A program made the translations under genes and the position numbers. A stretch of DNA of 64,000 bases from an uncultured Bacteroidia bacterium (GTDB lineage: Bacteria; Bacteroidota; Bacteroidia; Bacteroidales; CAJPTX01): the NCBI GenBank assembly GCA_963540065.1, contig CAUTNK010000012.1, forward strand, positions 15,660 to 79,659, read 5' to 3'. Below, in pieces: positions 9,037 through 17,488 of this stretch (positions are counted from its first letter, which is position 1; each line of letters opens with the position of its first letter). Below the pieces are notes generated by a model. That model worked only from the letters and a program-made list of their open reading frames with translations, was not told where the DNA came from and searched no databases.

Positions 9037-9699
9037 ATGTATCGCGTACCCACATTGCCACTCGCTACCGACGTTGAAACGAAACCCATTTTGCGCCTCG
9101 CCGTTGTGCACCACCAGTTCGAAAGTATCCACCCCTTCTATGACGGAAATGGACGGACAGGGCGTATCCTCAACGTCCTCCTGCTCGTGTTGTACAAAGA
9201 TCTAAAACTCCCAATCCTCTACCTAAGTCGCTACATCACACGACACAAAAGGGAATATTATCACCTTCTGCAAAGCGTTCGCGACAGTGGCGACTGGGAA
9301 GCGTGGATACTGTTTATGCTTCGTTGTATCGAGAGCACTGCATTAGAGACAGAAGCGCTGATTCGGAAGGTAATCAATCTAATGCAAGAATATAAAGAGC
9401 AAATGCGAGAAATCTTGCGGAAAGGATATAGTCACGAACTCCTAAACAACCTCTTCAGTTACCCCTATACGAAAATAGAGTATGTAATGGCAGTTGCGGA
9501 TATCACACGCGTAACTGCCACAACCTACCTAAATAAGATGGTAGAAGTCGGTCTCTTACAAAGAGTAAAAAAACGGCGTTCGTATTACTACCTCAATATT
9601 CCACTGATACAGCTCCTAACTAATTCCAACGAACCACTAGACAAAGAAGAGCTAGAACACGTCGTGACCGTACTAGAAAAACACGAACATGACATGTAA
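9037..9699 (+). CDS. Fic/DOC-family protein with a large internal in-frame deletion (possibly a pseudogene)
   Basis: Fic motif IHPFYDGNGRTGR. The N-terminus MYRVPTLPLATDVETKPIL looks like a Fic N-terminal domain but runs straight into AVVHHQFESIHPF. A C-terminal wHTH-like region is present. The track ORF 8830..9699 is a spurious extension into the AAA gene. Confidence 0.7.
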   Translation: MYRVPTLPLATDVETKPILRLAVVHHQFESIHPFYDGNGRTGRILNVLLLVLYKDLKLPILYLSRYITRHKREYYHLLQSVRDSGDWEAWILFMLRCIESTALETEALIRKVINLMQEYKEQMREILRKGYSHELLNNLFSYPYTKIEYVMAVADITRVTATTYLNKMVEVGLLQRVKKRRSYYYLNIPLIQLLTNSNEPLDKEELEHVVTVLEKHEHDM

Positions 9700-9892
9700 A
9701 GAAAACGGCAAAAACTTTACACGTTGCCTCGGATATGTATAAAAAAACGCGTTTTTTATACATATCGCTCTCAGACATATATAAAAATGGGCGTTTTTTA
9801 TACATGTCGCCCTCTGACATGTAAAGAAAAACGCGATTCTTTTACATGTCGTCGCGGACACATAAAAGAAATCGCGTCTCTTATATACCTCA
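9692..9892. repeat. Array of five tandem ~35-bp palindromic units with ~42-bp period
   Basis: Units start at 9692, 9733, 9775, 9817 and 9858. Example: gatatgtataaaaaaacgcgttttttatacatatc. Consensus is roughly GACATGTAwAAAaAAaCGCGwTTtTTTAyACATGTC, with 6-7-nt GC-rich linkers (tgcctcg, gctctca, gccctct, gtcgcg). The array fills the whole gap between two convergent genes. Confidence 0.85.
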
Positions 9893-9895
9893 ATT

Positions 9896-12280
9896 TTATT
9901 CTTTCACCACGCGTAGCGTTTTCGTTTCCTTACCCACAAGCAAACGTAACAAATACGCTCCTGCACTTAAATCCGCAGTATGAATTACAATCTCTGCTCC
10001 TTCCAAAACGCCTGTTCGTATCACGGTGCCACCAATCGTTACTAGCACATAGCGCCCAACTATCTGCGCTTCGTTCTTTATTCGCAACTGTGTAGTGAAC
10101 GGATTTGGTGCTACGGTAATGCCTGTAAACGTTACCGACTCTACTGCGGCAGGGGTACCCTGTTGCTTTACCGTTATCACCACCTTTTTCACACTGGGGT
10201 CGTCTGCGAGGGTAAAGGTAAGTTCGGCGCTCCGCTCTTCTGTATTCGGATTAACAGGAGCTTCGATGGTTAGTTTATCACCCGAAACCCCTTCGGTTTT
10301 GTTGACTGTGAGCCATTCTGCATTCTTAGCCAGCTTCCATGCACTTGGGCTCTCTATCGTGAAGTAATCTTCTTTTTTCTCTCCAGCAGCATTGAGGGTA
10401 ACGGTTTCGTTAGGTGAAACTACTATAGACTTTTCAGCCGATCCTTCTTGTTTAAGAAGTAAAGTATAGCGCACTTTATCGTCCTTTTTTAGAACAAATC
10501 GCATCTCAGCGCTACGCACCTCAGTATTTGGATTAGTATTGGCTGTTAATGTGACTTTCGTGGTACCCACCGTGCCCGACGTTGGTTCTACTGGACACCA
10601 CGCAGTGTTAGAACTCTTAATTTCCCACTCCCCTGGGCTTACCACTGTTAGGTAATCTGTTTTAGTCTCTCCTACAGCAAGGAAAGTATATTCCTTCACT
10701 TCTGGAGTAACATCGATTGATGCTTCTAACTGATTAACAACAATTACATCGCGTACCGTCGGATCCTCTTCTAAAAAGAAAGCTAGAGCTATGTATTTCC
10801 CATCCGAATTGTCATTGGGTGCGATCTTAACCGTAACATTTTCCCCAGAATTACCTTCACTGGGCGATACTTCCACACCAACAGGAAGAGTCGTCTTGTC
10901 CAATTTCCATTTCCCACTACTGGTTATATTTAATGTGCCTTCAGTCCCTATACAAGAAACTTTTGCTAAGCTTTTCTCGGGCGTAACCGTTAGCTTCGCT
11001 GGCGTTCCACACGTTTGTGTACCTGTAATCTCCGGAATCTCAGTAGTGGAGGCATTGTATACTATTTTCCAATTTTTCGCATCCGTAATTACTTTACTCG
11101 ATGCACGTGCTATAAGCACCTCATTAGCATAGTCGGCACTATAAGCAACATGAATTTTTCCAGGCTTAGATGCTCCAGTGCGATCGGGGAGTTGGCAATA
11201 GATTGCGTTAAGCGTCGAAGCAGATAAGTTATTATGGAAACAGTATACTGTATGCAAATTGGGCTTCTTGCTCAGATCCAAACTATTTAGATAATTGTAA
11301 CCAACACTTACATATTCGAGTGCAGTATTTGCTTTTAAGTCTAAGTCTGTCAGGTTATTACTGTATATATCTAATTGTTTTAGCTTCGTATTCTTAGTTA
11401 CATCTAGCACAGATAAATCATTAAATCCAGCTAATAGCTTCTCTAATTCGATACACCCAGCTACATCCAACTCTGTTAGCGAATTGTCATTACAAACCAA
11501 CTCCTCTAATGCTTTACTAGCTTTTAGGTCTAAACTTGTCAGTGTATTTTTGCTAACTCGCAAAATCTTTAATTTCGTAAGATTCTGCAAATCGAGCTTT
11601 TCTATTTTATTATTGCTACAGTTTAACTCCTCCAATTCGGAATTCGCACTCAGATCCAAGCTAGTGAACTCATTAGTGTGGCAAAACAACGCTTTTAGTG
11701 CAGTGTTTGCATGCAAATCCAAGGATTGTAATTTATTGTAGCTACAGTTTAAGAGCTTAAGTTTGGTTGCACTCTGTAGGTTTAGGCTAGGTAGCACATT
11801 GTTATTACAATGCAACTCTTCCAGTTCGGTATTGTTTTTCAGATCTAAGCTCGTGAGCTTATTGCCGCTAATAGTTAAGCTTTTTAGCTTTACGTTTTTC
11901 TCCAAGTTTAGAGTCGATATTTCATCCGACTCCCATTGTATTTTTTCTAATCCGGGATTCGTACTCACATCCAAAGCAACAGCTCCGATCGCATAAGCAC
12001 TAATGTATGTTATAGCACCAAAGACCTTGATTTCCGTACCCTCTGGTGTGTAATAATAAGTGTTACTTGCTGCCTGCACCACCGGATCCTTAACTCCCGT
12101 AACTTTTATCAAGACCAAAGGCTCATTAAAATCCAATCTGATTCTCTTTGTGTCTGGTTTTAGGGTAATGGTAATCCACTTACGCTCATCCACTTTGATT
12201 CCTTGGGCACGTAGTGTACCTACATTAAGGATAAGGGCAAACACGGCACACAATGCGCTAAAAACTACTGATTTCTTCAT
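9896..12280 (-). CDS. Secreted surface protein: leucine-rich repeats + BACON-like Ig domains + T9SS C-terminal sorting domain
   Basis: Signal peptide MKKSVVFSALCAVFALILNVGTLRAQ. About 11 LRRs of 21 aa. Repeated ...SPGEWEIKSSNTAWCPVEP / SPSAWKLAKNAEWLTVN BACON-like modules. C-terminus VAPNPFTTQLRIKNE...GAYLLRLLVGKETKTLRVVKE. Confidence 0.8.
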   Translation of the reverse strand: MKKSVVFSALCAVFALILNVGTLRAQGIKVDERKWITITLKPDTKRIRLDFNEPLVLIKVTGVKDPVVQAASNTYYYTPEGTEIKVFGAITYISAYAIGAVALDVSTNPGLEKIQWESDEISTLNLEKNVKLKSLTISGNKLTSLDLKNNTELEELHCNNNVLPSLNLQSATKLKLLNCSYNKLQSLDLHANTALKALFCHTNEFTSLDLSANSELEELNCSNNKIEKLDLQNLTKLKILRVSKNTLTSLDLKASKALEELVCNDNSLTELDVAGCIELEKLLAGFNDLSVLDVTKNTKLKQLDIYSNNLTDLDLKANTALEYVSVGYNYLNSLDLSKKPNLHTVYCFHNNLSASTLNAIYCQLPDRTGASKPGKIHVAYSADYANEVLIARASSKVITDAKNWKIVYNASTTEIPEITGTQTCGTPAKLTVTPEKSLAKVSCIGTEGTLNITSSGKWKLDKTTLPVGVEVSPSEGNSGENVTVKIAPNDNSDGKYIALAFFLEEDPTVRDVIVVNQLEASIDVTPEVKEYTFLAVGETKTDYLTVVSPGEWEIKSSNTAWCPVEPTSGTVGTTKVTLTANTNPNTEVRSAEMRFVLKKDDKVRYTLLLKQEGSAEKSIVVSPNETVTLNAAGEKKEDYFTIESPSAWKLAKNAEWLTVNKTEGVSGDKLTIEAPVNPNTEERSAELTFTLADDPSVKKVVITVKQQGTPAAVESVTFTGITVAPNPFTTQLRIKNEAQIVGRYVLVTIGGTVIRTGVLEGAEIVIHTADLSAGAYLLRLLVGKETKTLRVVKE
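11225..11920 (-). repeat. Coding tandem repeats: ~11 leucine-rich repeats, 63-bp (21-aa) period
   Basis: LTSLDLKNNTELEELHCNNNV / LPSLNLQSATKLKLLNCSYNK / LQSLDLHANTALKALFCHTNE / FTSLDLSANSELEELNCSNNK, and so on. Confidence 0.85.
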
Positions 12281-12305
12281 GATTATCTCTTAGGTTAAGG
12301 GATAA

Positions 12306-12313
12306 CAAATGTA
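12306..12313 (-). promoter_or_regulatory. Bacteroidota-type -7 promoter box (TAnnTTTG)
   Basis: The minus strand reads TACATTTG, 26 nt upstream of the ATG at 12280. Confidence 0.4.
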
Positions 12314-12495
12314 AAAAAAAGTTAATAGGAAATTTGTTGTTCTTAGAAATAAGTCTTACAGAAAGGTTGTAATAGCTTGGATATTAGTGTTATGGGAAGA
12401 AGTGTTTTCCTTATCCCAGAGGAGACGACTTGCTGCCCCAGAGCTGACTCCAACTTTTGGGGAGCCGTCCACTCCTCTATGCGCACTGGCTGTTT

Positions 12496-13161
12496 TTACC
12501 GGAGAGCTAGTTTCGGAAAAAAGCTGCGAATATTCTCCGCTACAAGCGCTTCGAGCTCTTCTACGCTGCAGCCCATACAACTTGCAATTTTCCCATAGAG
12601 CTCGGTTAGTGGTTGTTGCGTATCGTCGCTTTCGAGGAGTAGCCGATTGCGCGGTATTTGCGCTAAAAAAGCCTCTGTGACGCTACTTCGCACGCCAAGC
12701 GAAAGATACCACCCATTATTCATTAAGCGCGTTAAAACAGACGCCTTGCCCCGAAAACCATGTAACGCCTTCCGACCACAGAAGCGAACAGCGCGAAAAA
12801 CGCTCTCCAATTCGCTCCAAGCACGTACACAATGTACTACGACCGGTAGGTCTAGTTCAGCCGCAATTTCTAGTTGGAGCCCCAGCAACGTTTCTTGGCA
12901 ATGGAGCTCTGCGCCACGTAAGCGATCCAATCCCACCTCGCCCACACCAATAGCATACGGAGAAAGGAGTGCCTCGCGTAACTTCTTTTCCAGAATCTGC
13001 GGAGTAGCAGAAAAAAGCGCAGTATCCCAAGGGTGCAGACCTACCGTAAAATATTGCTCCGGCGGACAGGCCTCTATTTCCGTTAGCGAGTAGCTTGCTA
13101 TGGCATCACGACGTGCGCTGCCACTCAGGTTGTGCGTATGAAAGTCGATAATGCGTTCCAT
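12496..13161 (-). CDS. TatD-family metal-dependent hydrolase
   Basis: Ordered metal-ligand motifs IDFHTHN, GLHPW, IGEVGLD, VVHCVRA, HGFRG and LESD. Confidence 0.75.
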   Translation of the reverse strand: MERIIDFHTHNLSGSARRDAIASYSLTEIEACPPEQYFTVGLHPWDTALFSATPQILEKKLREALLSPYAIGVGEVGLDRLRGAELHCQETLLGLQLEIAAELDLPVVVHCVRAWSELESVFRAVRFCGRKALHGFRGKASVLTRLMNNGWYLSLGVRSSVTEAFLAQIPRNRLLLESDDTQQPLTELYGKIASCMGCSVEELEALVAENIRSFFPKLALR

Positions 13162-13238
13162 AAATTGCGACGCAAGATAGTGCTTCGTAACGCATCGGTG
13201 TTCGCTATGCAGATCTGTGCAATTTTTTGAAAAAAAGT

Positions 13239-13246
13239 TACCTTTG
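13239..13246 (+). promoter_or_regulatory. Bacteroidota-type -7 promoter box (TAnnTTTG)
   Basis: TACCTTTG lies 61 nt upstream of the ATG at 13307. Confidence 0.4.
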
Positions 13247-13306
13247 TCTAGTCTGTTAACTAGGAGTAGTGGCGGATAGTGTTGTAATTAAAATTAGGGT
13301 GAGCAG

Positions 13307-14149
13307 ATGCGGATTACATGGAAGAGTGCTTCTCTCGTATCGTTTTTTTTCTTAGTGCTGTGGAGTTTTACAAGTTGCCATAGTGGTATGAACGCGCGCG
13401 ATGACGGTCGCGAAGGTTTAGCAACATCTATTGATACTATCGAGGACGGAAAGCTGTCTACCGATTACCCAATCCCCTCGTTAGCCGAACTTACCTCGCG
13501 CCTACAGAAAGCAGGCGTGGGCTATGCAATCGGTTCGGGAAGCGATCCAAAAAACGCAACGAGATACGTAACCTCTACCAGTCGTGCCGTAAACTTAGGT
13601 GTCTACGGTTCCGATCTTCTTTACGCTTCTACCTATGGTCAGAAAGCCGATGTCAGCAAGTATCTGGCAGCGGTTCTAATCCTCGCACAAGAGCTAAATA
13701 TACACATCTCGTTGCTGGAAGTCTTGAACACACAAGGCGAAGCGGGACTGAACGACAAAGATTCGGTGCAGAGCAAGACTACAAAATCTATTTTCGAAGC
13801 CTACGCCCTACTCTGTAATGCCAATATGCAGGAAGAAGCCATTCTGTTCCTCGCTGGCGGTTGGCTCGAGTCGGTTTATATTGGTTCGTACATAGCTTCG
13901 CTGAGTCAAACGAACGATGAGGTAGTAGATCTTCTCCTGCAGCAGCAAGGCGCTTTTGACACGATACGCAAACTCCTCGGGACACATAAACGTTCGGAAG
14001 ACGGAGAGTTTGTACTCAGCCTCTTTAACGAAATTGCGCCTACGTACGAGGATCTGAAGGCGATGCCACAAAATGAGATGAAGACCCGCAACCTTGCCGA
14101 TGTACTAGAATCGGCTCGCGGACGTCTCCTCAACATGGGGCTCGAATAG
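13307..14149 (+). CDS. Hypothetical lipoprotein, predicted mostly helical
   Basis: Signal peptide plus lipobox (LVLWSFTSC). I recognise no family motif. Confidence 0.55.
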   Translation: MRITWKSASLVSFFFLVLWSFTSCHSGMNARDDGREGLATSIDTIEDGKLSTDYPIPSLAELTSRLQKAGVGYAIGSGSDPKNATRYVTSTSRAVNLGVYGSDLLYASTYGQKADVSKYLAAVLILAQELNIHISLLEVLNTQGEAGLNDKDSVQSKTTKSIFEAYALLCNANMQEEAILFLAGGWLESVYIGSYIASLSQTNDEVVDLLLQQQGAFDTIRKLLGTHKRSEDGEFVLSLFNEIAPTYEDLKAMPQNEMKTRNLADVLESARGRLLNMGLE

Positions 14150-14330
14150 GCGAAAGTCGCAAGCCTGAGGAGAGCCTATTCGGAGGTAATTTCTCTTTTC
14201 GGAGAACAACTAGCCTAAGCATTTGTTTTTTAGGGTGATTGGCTATTACTACTGCGTGCAATGCATCACAGAGTGCGTTGTAAAGCGTCTGTCGTAAGCC
14301 GAGCCTTTGCTAAACAAACGTAATTGAGAT

Positions 14331-17300
14331 ATGAGCGAGAGTGTATTACGCGCCTTGATGCAGTTGTTCGCCATAATCGGCGGAACGGCGGAAGAGGATG
14401 GCGAGTTGATGCGCTCACTACGTGAGAAGGTTGCTTTTTTCCTTCGACACCAAATTGCCTCCAGTCGTATTGAAACCTACTTAGAAATTTACGACGGATA
14501 CTTTAGCGAACACACCGATCGACTACAAAAAAGCCGAAACTCCTTAAAGCATCGTTCGCGGAGTAGTGTCCGTCTGATTCGGATCTGCGAGCAAATTAAC
14601 GCGGATCTCACCCTCGAACAAAAGTTTGTCGTCTTAGCACGTCTGATAGAGTTTGCGCGACAAAGCGATGCACTCGATGCCCAGCAACTGGAGTTTATAA
14701 CGGGCGTCTCCGATACGTTTCACATTACGCGCGAGGAGCTCTACGAGTTGCTCTATTTTGCAAGCTCGGATACCATCCTACCCGCCACTACATGCCCTAA
14801 CGCTAAAGTGGTACATGTGCTCGAACAACAGGACGATAAAGCACAGCTCTACGGCGAACATCTGGTTTTGTACCGACGCCATCTCAACGGCGAGCTCATC
14901 ATCCTCAAACTCGAACGTGCCAATCTCTATTTGGTGCGCTACATCGGGCTCTCCAATCTCTACTTGGCTGGGCAGCCCCTTCAGTTGGGTTTCCTGTATG
15001 TACTGAGCGTTGGATCTACGATCCGCGGACAGAATATCCCTCCCCTGTACTATGGCGATGTGGTTGAGTGTTTTACGCCACCCTCGGTTCGCGATAAGAT
15101 CCGCCTCGAGGTAGAGGAGGTTAGCTACAAGTTTTCCAACGGTGCGTATGGTTTGCGCAATATCTCGTTTCGTCATAATGGCGGTCAGCTGGTTGGCATA
15201 CTAGGTGCATCGGGTTCTGGGAAGTCTACGCTTCTGAGTGTCCTGAATGGGCAGGTTGCGCCTACAAAGGGGCGAGTCCTCCTGAACGAATCGGATATTC
15301 ATACCCAACACGATGCCATTCACGGTATTTTGGGTTTTGTGGCACAGGACGACCTATTAATCGACGAACTTACTGTTTATCAGAACCTATACTACGGAGC
15401 TAAGTTGTCGCTCGCCTCAAAATCGAAGCAAGAGCGACAACAACTTGTCGAGGACTGTTTGCGAAGTTTGGGCTTGTACGAGATTCGTGACCTACGCGTC
15501 GGAAATCCACTAGACAAACGCATTAGTGGCGGTCAGCGTAAGCGGCTGAATATTGCTCTATCTCTGATTCGCGAACCCTCCATACTATTCTTGGACGAGC
15601 CTACAAGCGGTCTCTCCAGTAGAGACAGCGAGAATGTTATGGAGTTACTCAAAGAACTCACGCTCCACGGGCGACTCATTTATGTCGTGATCCACCAACC
15701 CTCGTCCGATATCTTCAAGATGTTCGACTCGATCCTCATCCTAGACACAGGAGGATACCTCATCTATTACGGTGATCCGGTCGAGTCGGTCGAATATTTC
15801 CAGAATCAGAGTCGACACATCGGACTCAGCGAGGCAGAATGCCCAACTTGCGGTAACGTGAATGTGGAACAGATTTTCGATATTGTAGAGGCTCCCGTTG
15901 TCGACGAATATGGGAAAGCTACCCGCGAGCGTCGTACGAAACCCGAGGAGTGGTATGCCCGCTTTGAAGAGTCGCGATCGAGGCGTCGGAAAAATCTTAT
16001 GGATATCGTAGGCACCATACCCCCGATTGAAGCCATCCCACATATGACGCGCATCCCCTCGCACTGGCGACAGCTCATTACTTTCATAACGCGCGATGCT
16101 TTGGCAAAGCTTGCGAATGTTCAGTACGTGATAATCAATATCCTAGAGGCGCCCCTGCTGGCTCTTCTTTTAGCTGCTATCGTTCGCTATTTCGATGTGG
16201 GAAAAGAAGGTGCCTCCTACACACTTATGGAGAATTCCAACCTCCCCGTCTATATTTTTATGACGGTGATTGTTGCATTCTTTGCAGGAGTTACGGGCAG
16301 TGCGGAGGATATCATTAAGGATCGGAAAATCCGTCTGCGCGAGGCGTTTCTAAACCTCAGCTGGGGTGCCTATATAGGCGCTAAGATGGTAAATGTTATG
16401 ATTTTAGCGTTTTACCAAGCACTGGTCTTTACCCTGATTGGTAACGCTATTATTGGCATATCGGGCGGCACGCTTACCTATCTGTTGATACTTTTTGCTA
16501 CTTGGGTCTCGGCAAGTATGCTGGGGCTGATTATTTCGGATACATTCAAAACGGTGGTCACTATCTATATTCTGATACCGTTCTTGGTAATTCCGCAGAT
16601 CATTTTGAGTGGGGTCTTGGTTCGCTTCGATCACCTGAATCCTTCTCTTACGAACTACGAAACAGTACCGTGGTACGGCGAGGGGATTGTAGCACGGTGG
16701 GCATACGAGGCGCTTGCGGTTCAGCAGTTCCGTAATAATGATTATACGCGTCCTCTCTATCATTACGAACAGCTAATTAGTTTGGCAGACTACAAGCGAA
16801 ACTTTTGGCTTACAGAAATGCGTGTGCGACTCACACAAATAGAAAACAAGCCTTGGGACGAGTCCACGCGTACAGCATGGCATCTGCTACAAAACGAGTT
16901 GGCAGATGATGCCGACTACTATAGGGGCTCCGGTCTCGCATTCCCGTTACCCCCCACAATTTGGGATGTGCAACCCACCCCCACCTTATGTGCGCAACTC
17001 AGCAAACATTTGGATCGGTTGTATACCTATTACGGAAGGATGTATAGCCGTTCTAGTCAGCGTCGCGATTCCATATTGCGCACCATGCAAGGGCGGACGG
17101 CAGCTGAGCACCTCGCTTTTAAGGAGCTGAAAGAGTCGAACTACAATGTGGCACTTGCGAAACTACTAAAAGTGTCCGAGGACACGGAGCGCATCTCCGA
17201 ATACAACGAGCACCTCATACAGCATTACGACCCCGTCTATCAGCTACCCCGTCGCGGAAATCTAAAAGCCCATTTCTATGCCCCCTACAAGCGTCTGGGC

Positions 17301-17441
17301 AACATCTACATAGACACGTATTGGTTGAACCTGACAATGCTCGTGTTGAGTGTCTTGCTGCAGTGGTTGGTACTTTATGTGCGTCTCTTTAAACGAGTTA
17401 TAGATTGGTTGGGGCGCTTATTTGATCGGAAATTACACTAA
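14331..17441 (+). CDS. Fused ABC transporter ATPase + ABC-2/ABCG-type permease with a long N-terminal extension
   Basis: Walker A GASGSGKST, signature ISGGQRKRLNIA, Walker B ILFLDEPTSGLS, H-loop VVIHQPS. A multi-TM region follows (LLALLLAAIV..., VIVAFFAGV..., ILIPFLVIPQIILSG). About 285 aa precede Walker A. Confidence 0.85.
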   Translation: MSESVLRALMQLFAIIGGTAEEDGELMRSLREKVAFFLRHQIASSRIETYLEIYDGYFSEHTDRLQKSRNSLKHRSRSSVRLIRICEQINADLTLEQKFVVLARLIEFARQSDALDAQQLEFITGVSDTFHITREELYELLYFASSDTILPATTCPNAKVVHVLEQQDDKAQLYGEHLVLYRRHLNGELIILKLERANLYLVRYIGLSNLYLAGQPLQLGFLYVLSVGSTIRGQNIPPLYYGDVVECFTPPSVRDKIRLEVEEVSYKFSNGAYGLRNISFRHNGGQLVGILGASGSGKSTLLSVLNGQVAPTKGRVLLNESDIHTQHDAIHGILGFVAQDDLLIDELTVYQNLYYGAKLSLASKSKQERQQLVEDCLRSLGLYEIRDLRVGNPLDKRISGGQRKRLNIALSLIREPSILFLDEPTSGLSSRDSENVMELLKELTLHGRLIYVVIHQPSSDIFKMFDSILILDTGGYLIYYGDPVESVEYFQNQSRHIGLSEAECPTCGNVNVEQIFDIVEAPVVDEYGKATRERRTKPEEWYARFEESRSRRRKNLMDIVGTIPPIEAIPHMTRIPSHWRQLITFITRDALAKLANVQYVIINILEAPLLALLLAAIVRYFDVGKEGASYTLMENSNLPVYIFMTVIVAFFAGVTGSAEDIIKDRKIRLREAFLNLSWGAYIGAKMVNVMILAFYQALVFTLIGNAIIGISGGTLTYLLILFATWVSASMLGLIISDTFKTVVTIYILIPFLVIPQIILSGVLVRFDHLNPSLTNYETVPWYGEGIVARWAYEALAVQQFRNNDYTRPLYHYEQLISLADYKRNFWLTEMRVRLTQIENKPWDESTRTAWHLLQNELADDADYYRGSGLAFPLPPTIWDVQPTPTLCAQLSKHLDRLYTYYGRMYSRSSQRRDSILRTMQGRTAAEHLAFKELKESNYNVALAKLLKVSEDTERISEYNEHLIQHYDPVYQLPRRGNLKAHFYAPYKRLGNIYIDTYWLNLTMLVLSVLLQWLVLYVRLFKRVIDWLGRLFDRKLH

Positions 17442-17451
17442 GAGTTCTATT

Positions 17452-17459
17452 ATTTTTGT
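17452..17459 (+). promoter_or_regulatory. Bacteroidota-type -7 promoter box (TAnnTTTG)
   Basis: TATTTTTG lies 30 nt upstream of the ATG at 17489. Confidence 0.4.
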
Positions 17460-17488
17460 AAGAGAAAATTGCGAAAAAAGTCTGAATA

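Noticed and set aside
9692-9892. Possible CRISPR array (regularly spaced repeats)
   Set aside because: The units are themselves near-complete palindromes of ~35 bp, separated only by 6-7-nt linkers. There are no unique ~30-bp spacers and no cas genes in the window.
9620-10095. Track ORFs 9620..9820(-), 9673..9861(-) and 9724..10095(+) with repetitive peptides (MYKKR.FLY...)
   Set aside because: They are artefacts of translating the palindromic repeat array. They overlap each other on both strands and run into the 3' end of the LRR gene.
12356-12680. Three short ORFs (74-97 aa) between the LRR gene and inside the TatD 3' end
   Set aside because: They overlap one another and the TatD gene, have no signal or motif content, and the space is needed for the LRR gene promoter (TACATTTG box at 12306-12313).
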